A stretch of 64,000 nucleotides of DNA. Source: Candidatus Saccharicenans sp. (GTDB lineage: Bacteria; Acidobacteriota; Aminicenantia; Aminicenantales; Saccharicenantaceae). The position numbers and the translations under genes were made by a program. Below the pieces are notes generated by a model, which was not told the origin of the DNA, searched no databases, and was given only the letters and a program-made list of their open reading frames with translations. Shown here piece after piece: positions 61,410 through 64,000 of the stretch. The DNA lies in assembly GCA_030018265.1 (NCBI GenBank), contig JASEFX010000007.1, positions 1,122-65,121 of the forward strand, written 5' to 3'. Numbering within the stretch: the stretch's first letter is position 1; the number at the start of each line of letters is the position of its first letter.

Positions 61410-62961
61410 ATTCCACTGCTCTCATTTCCCTGATTACCACCACTTTGATCTGTCCGGGGTAATCAAGTTCGTCTTTAATCTTTTGTGCTATGTCACGGGC
61501 GATGACCATTGCCCGGTCGTCAGAAACCTTCTGGGCGTCGACAATGATCCTGATTTCCCTTCCAGCCTGGAGGGCAAAAGCTTTCGACACGCCTTCAAAG
61601 GAAGTGGCGATCTGTTCGAGTTTTTCCAGTCTCTGGATGTAAGTCTCCAGAAGTTCTCGTCTGGCTCCGGGTCTGGCGGCTGAGAGGGTGTCGGCGGCCT
61701 GAACCAGAACAGCTTCAACCGACGGGAAGTCTATGTCGCGATGGTGGGAGGCTATTGCCTGGACCACCGACTCGGATTCTCCGTATTTTCTGGCAAGCTC
61801 AACCGAAAGTTCGGTATGTGTGCCCTCATAATCTTTGTCCACCGCTTTTCCGATGTCGTGGAGAAGCCCGGCCCGGAGGGCAACGTTGACATCGGCTCCA
61901 AGTTCACGAGCCATCAAGGCGGCCAGCATGGCTACTTCCTTCGAATGCTGCAGCACATTCTGGCCATAACTCGTGCGGTATTTAAGCTTGCCCAGATATT
62001 TCACCAGCTCGGGATGCATATTGTGAATTCCGAGCTCGTAAAGGGTGTTTTCACCTTCCTGTTTTATTTTTTCTTCGAGCTCGCCTTTCACCTGTTCGAC
62101 GATATCTTCTATCCTGGCAGGATGGATCCGGCCATCAGCCACCAGCTTTTCGATGGCCATCCTGGCCAGCTCTCTCCTTAATGGATCAAAGCTCGAAAGA
62201 ATAACCGCCTCCGGTGTGTCGTCAACAATGATATCCACGCCGGTGGCCATTTCCAGAGCTCTAATGTTTCGACCTTCCCTTCCGATGATTCTGCCCTTCA
62301 TGTCGTCGGACGGCAGGTCGACCACGGAAACCGTGGTTTCGACCACATGCTCTGCAGCTGACCGCTGTATCGCATTCGAAATTATTTCCCGGGCGAGCGC
62401 TTTGCTCTTTTCCCTGGTTTCTTCTTCAATTCTTCTGATCGTCTGAATAGCCTGAAGTTTCGCTTCGTCTTCAATTTTTTTGATCAGCATGTTCCGGGCT
62501 TCTTCCTGGGTCAGGCCGGCAATACGTTCGAGTTCGGCTGTCTGCTGCTGCAGTATCTCGGAGATTCTCTTTTCCTCGGCTTCCAGCTCTTTTTCTTTCT
62601 GGAATAGCCGTTTCTCCCTGGCTGAAAGATCCCGTTCCTTCCTTTCCAGGTTCTGATATCGTCTTTCAAGACTTTCTTCCCGGTGGAGGAGCCTTCTTTC
62701 CAGCTCGGCCAGTTTGCGCTTCTTTTCACGCGTCTGAGCTTCAAATTCAGCCTGGCGGGCAACATCCCTTTCCCGCGCCTCGAGCTCGGCTTTTTTCCTT
62801 ATTCTTTCGGCTTCCTCTTCAGCTCTGGCCAGAATTTCTCTGGCCTGAGCTTCAGCCTGCATCAGGGTCTTAAGTCCGCGGCTTTTTTTGAGCTGGAGAA
62901 AAATTATAATCAACAAAAATAAAGATATAAGTGGAATACCCACCATCAGCATAGTGTTCAT
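61399..62961 (-). CDS. rny: Ribonuclease Y
   Basis: N-terminal TM, coiled coil, KH domain [15 protein letters not shown] domain [14 protein letters not shown]; GAGGAGG RBS before ATG 62961. Confidence 0.97.
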   Translation of the reverse strand: MNTMLMVGIPLISLFLLIIIFLQLKKSRGLKTLMQAEAQAREILARAEEEAERIRKKAELEARERDVARQAEFEAQTREKKRKLAELERRLLHREESLERRYQNLERKERDLSAREKRLFQKEKELEAEEKRISEILQQQTAELERIAGLTQEEARNMLIKKIEDEAKLQAIQTIRRIEEETREKSKALAREIISNAIQRSAAEHVVETTVSVVDLPSDDMKGRIIGREGRNIRALEMATGVDIIVDDTPEAVILSSFDPLRRELARMAIEKLVADGRIHPARIEDIVEQVKGELEEKIKQEGENTLYELGIHNMHPELVKYLGKLKYRTSYGQNVLQHSKEVAMLAALMARELGADVNVALRAGLLHDIGKAVDKDYEGTHTELSVELARKYGESESVVQAIASHHRDIDFPSVEAVLVQAADTLSAARPGARRELLETYIQRLEKLEQIATSFEGVSKAFALQAGREIRIIVDAQKVSDDRAMVIARDIAQKIKDELDYPGQIKVVVIREMRAVEYAR

Positions 62962-62976
62962 CGTCAAACCTCCTCA

Positions 62977-63097
62977 GCGGACCGGCAGGTCAAAGGAGGA
63001 CGGGTGAGGTCAGGCTTTTACTCTGGAAGGTTTCCGGAATGGTTCCCCTTAAAGCGTCGACAGAGTAAAAGGTTTCTTTCTTCTGCAAACGCCCCGC
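62977..63097 (-). ncRNA. ssrS: Candidate 6S RNA
   Basis: Lies in the zapA-rny gap where ssrS commonly occurs; rod-like fold with closing stem GCGG..GCAG/CTGC..CCGC, central bubble, 11-bp stem CTTTTACTCTG/CAGAGTAAAAG and a GGGAACC motif; boundaries approximate. Confidence 0.5.
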
Positions 63098-63121
63098 AAT
63101 TAGACCAGGGGTCTAATCTAT

Positions 63122-63151
63122 AAAAAGAAACAAACAGAATTGCTTCTGTTT
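63122..63151 (-). terminator. Candidate intrinsic terminator after zapA
   Basis: Minus strand AAACAGAA-GCAA-TTCTGTTT hairpin followed by GTTTCTTTTT; the stem is AU-rich and probably weak. Confidence 0.5.
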
Positions 63152-63480
63152 CAAGGGGTAAGTTTTCCCAGAGTATCGTATTCATTTTCATCCTGATTAA
63201 CCTGATCCTCAATTCGCGCCAGTTGCCTCTCCAGACGCTCGAGAGCTTCATGCAGCTGGTCAATCTGCCTTTCAGCGGCAAAAAGCTCGTCGGCAATGTT
63301 CAGGGCGGTCAGCACCGCTATTTTGCCGGTGTCTGACGACCTGGACTGCGCCGCTACTTCCTGCATCTTCTGCTCGACATAAGAAGCCAACTGGCTGATA
63401 TAGAACTCGTCATCTTCTCCTTTGACGCAGATCCTGTATTTATTTCCAAAAATTTCAATCTCAATTATTTTCTCTTTCAT
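63151..63480 (-). CDS. zapA: Cell division protein ZapA
   Basis: IEIFGNKY...LASYVEQKM...KIAVLTALNIADELF. Confidence 0.92.
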   Translation of the reverse strand: MKEKIIEIEIFGNKYRICVKGEDDEFYISQLASYVEQKMQEVAAQSRSSDTGKIAVLTALNIADELFAAERQIDQLHEALERLERQLARIEDQVNQDENEYDTLGKLTP

Positions 63481-63737
63481 ACACCCAGCTTTTCCATCTG
63501 AGTGATCAGGGCTTCAATCCGGTTCTTAACCTCTTCCCTTTCCGTCTGCAGCTTCCGGACCTCTTCTTCCAGACTGGCCAGCGCCTTGAGCTTTTCCTGG
63601 AGCTCTTTGTTTTCGCCCTTCAAATGTTTAACTTCTTCCTTGAGGCGGCTGTTCTCCTGAGAAAGCCTGGAAAAGCTCTCCACCAGCTGGATTATCTTGC
63701 CCTCAAGTATTTTAATGCGATCGAGATCCGATGTCAA
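63477..63737 (-). CDS. ZapB-like coiled-coil protein
   Basis: Pure heptad coiled coil between pheT and zapA. Confidence 0.7.
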   Translation of the reverse strand: MTSDLDRIKILEGKIIQLVESFSRLSQENSRLKEEVKHLKGENKELQEKLKALASLEEEVRKLQTEREEVKNRIEALITQMEKLGV

Positions 63738-63747
63738 TTTAGCCTCC

Positions 63748-64000
63748 TTACCGCAGCTGAATGTTAAGAGAAGACTTCAGCTGGGAGATGATCTCCTGCA
63801 TGATCCGGTCGACCTCTTCTGCCTGGATGGTCCGGGCTTCATGCCGGAAATAAAAACGAACGGAAAAGCTGACTTTCCCCGGAGGAAGCGACTTTCCTTT
63901 GAACCGGTCATATATCAGAAATCTTTCCAGCAGAGGCAGGTTAAGCTTTTCCAGCTGCTGGTGAATTTGCTGGTAGGTGATGTGTTCGTCCACCAGGAAG
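63748..64000 (-). CDS. pheT: Phenylalanyl-tRNA synthetase beta subunit, C-terminal anticodon-binding domain (truncated by window end)
   Basis: YDRFKGKSLPPGKVSFSVRFYFR...RTIQAEEV...IQLR; pheT-zapB-zapA synteny. Confidence 0.9.
   Translation of the reverse strand, partial: FLVDEHITYQQIHQQLEKLNLPLLERFLIYDRFKGKSLPPGKVSFSVRFYFRHEARTIQAEEVDRIMQEIISQLKSSLNIQLR

Noticed and set aside
63083-63117. c-di-GMP-I riboswitch look-alike (GCAAA...CGCAA...GGTCTAA) on the + strand
   Set aside because: It lacks the GNRA-capped P2 stem and is antisense to the surrounding genes

Overview
A gene-dense core-genome window from a diderm, probably anaerobic bacterium. Gene order and protein styles suggest Acidobacteriota/Ca. 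Aminicenantes, which is my inference and not a database result. Housekeeping blocks: dnaB(3' end)-mlaEFD-radA-yacL-ispF; a large NAD-glutamate dehydrogenase; dprA-topA-xerC; comEA, rdgB, mgtC, eno; purF; lptD; a split F0 atp operon; and pheT-zapB-zapA-(6S RNA?)-rny-ymdB-xseAB-ispA-dxs-tlyA-nadK-glgA-trxA. There are two porin-headed Pst-family ABC operons. One is canonical, with PhoB and a Pho-box-like repeat. The other is led by a 3-Cys Rrf2 regulator with an IscR-like operator, and its binding protein lacks the canonical phosphate-binding residues; this is the best candidate for an undescribed system, possibly a sulfur-regulated non-phosphate oxyanion importer. Other highlights: a beta-barrel/short-OPX/Wzc polysaccharide export locus with a possible protein anchor and ligase, a riboswitch-like switchable RNA upstream of the F0 genes, a degenerate glycogen synthase, a doubly frameshifted GDP-sugar reductase pseudogene, an unannotated 31-aa transporter subunit, and a sigma54-type promoter on comEA. 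I saw no tRNA, rRNA, CRISPR array, prophage or IS element. All family calls come from recognising motifs by eye.
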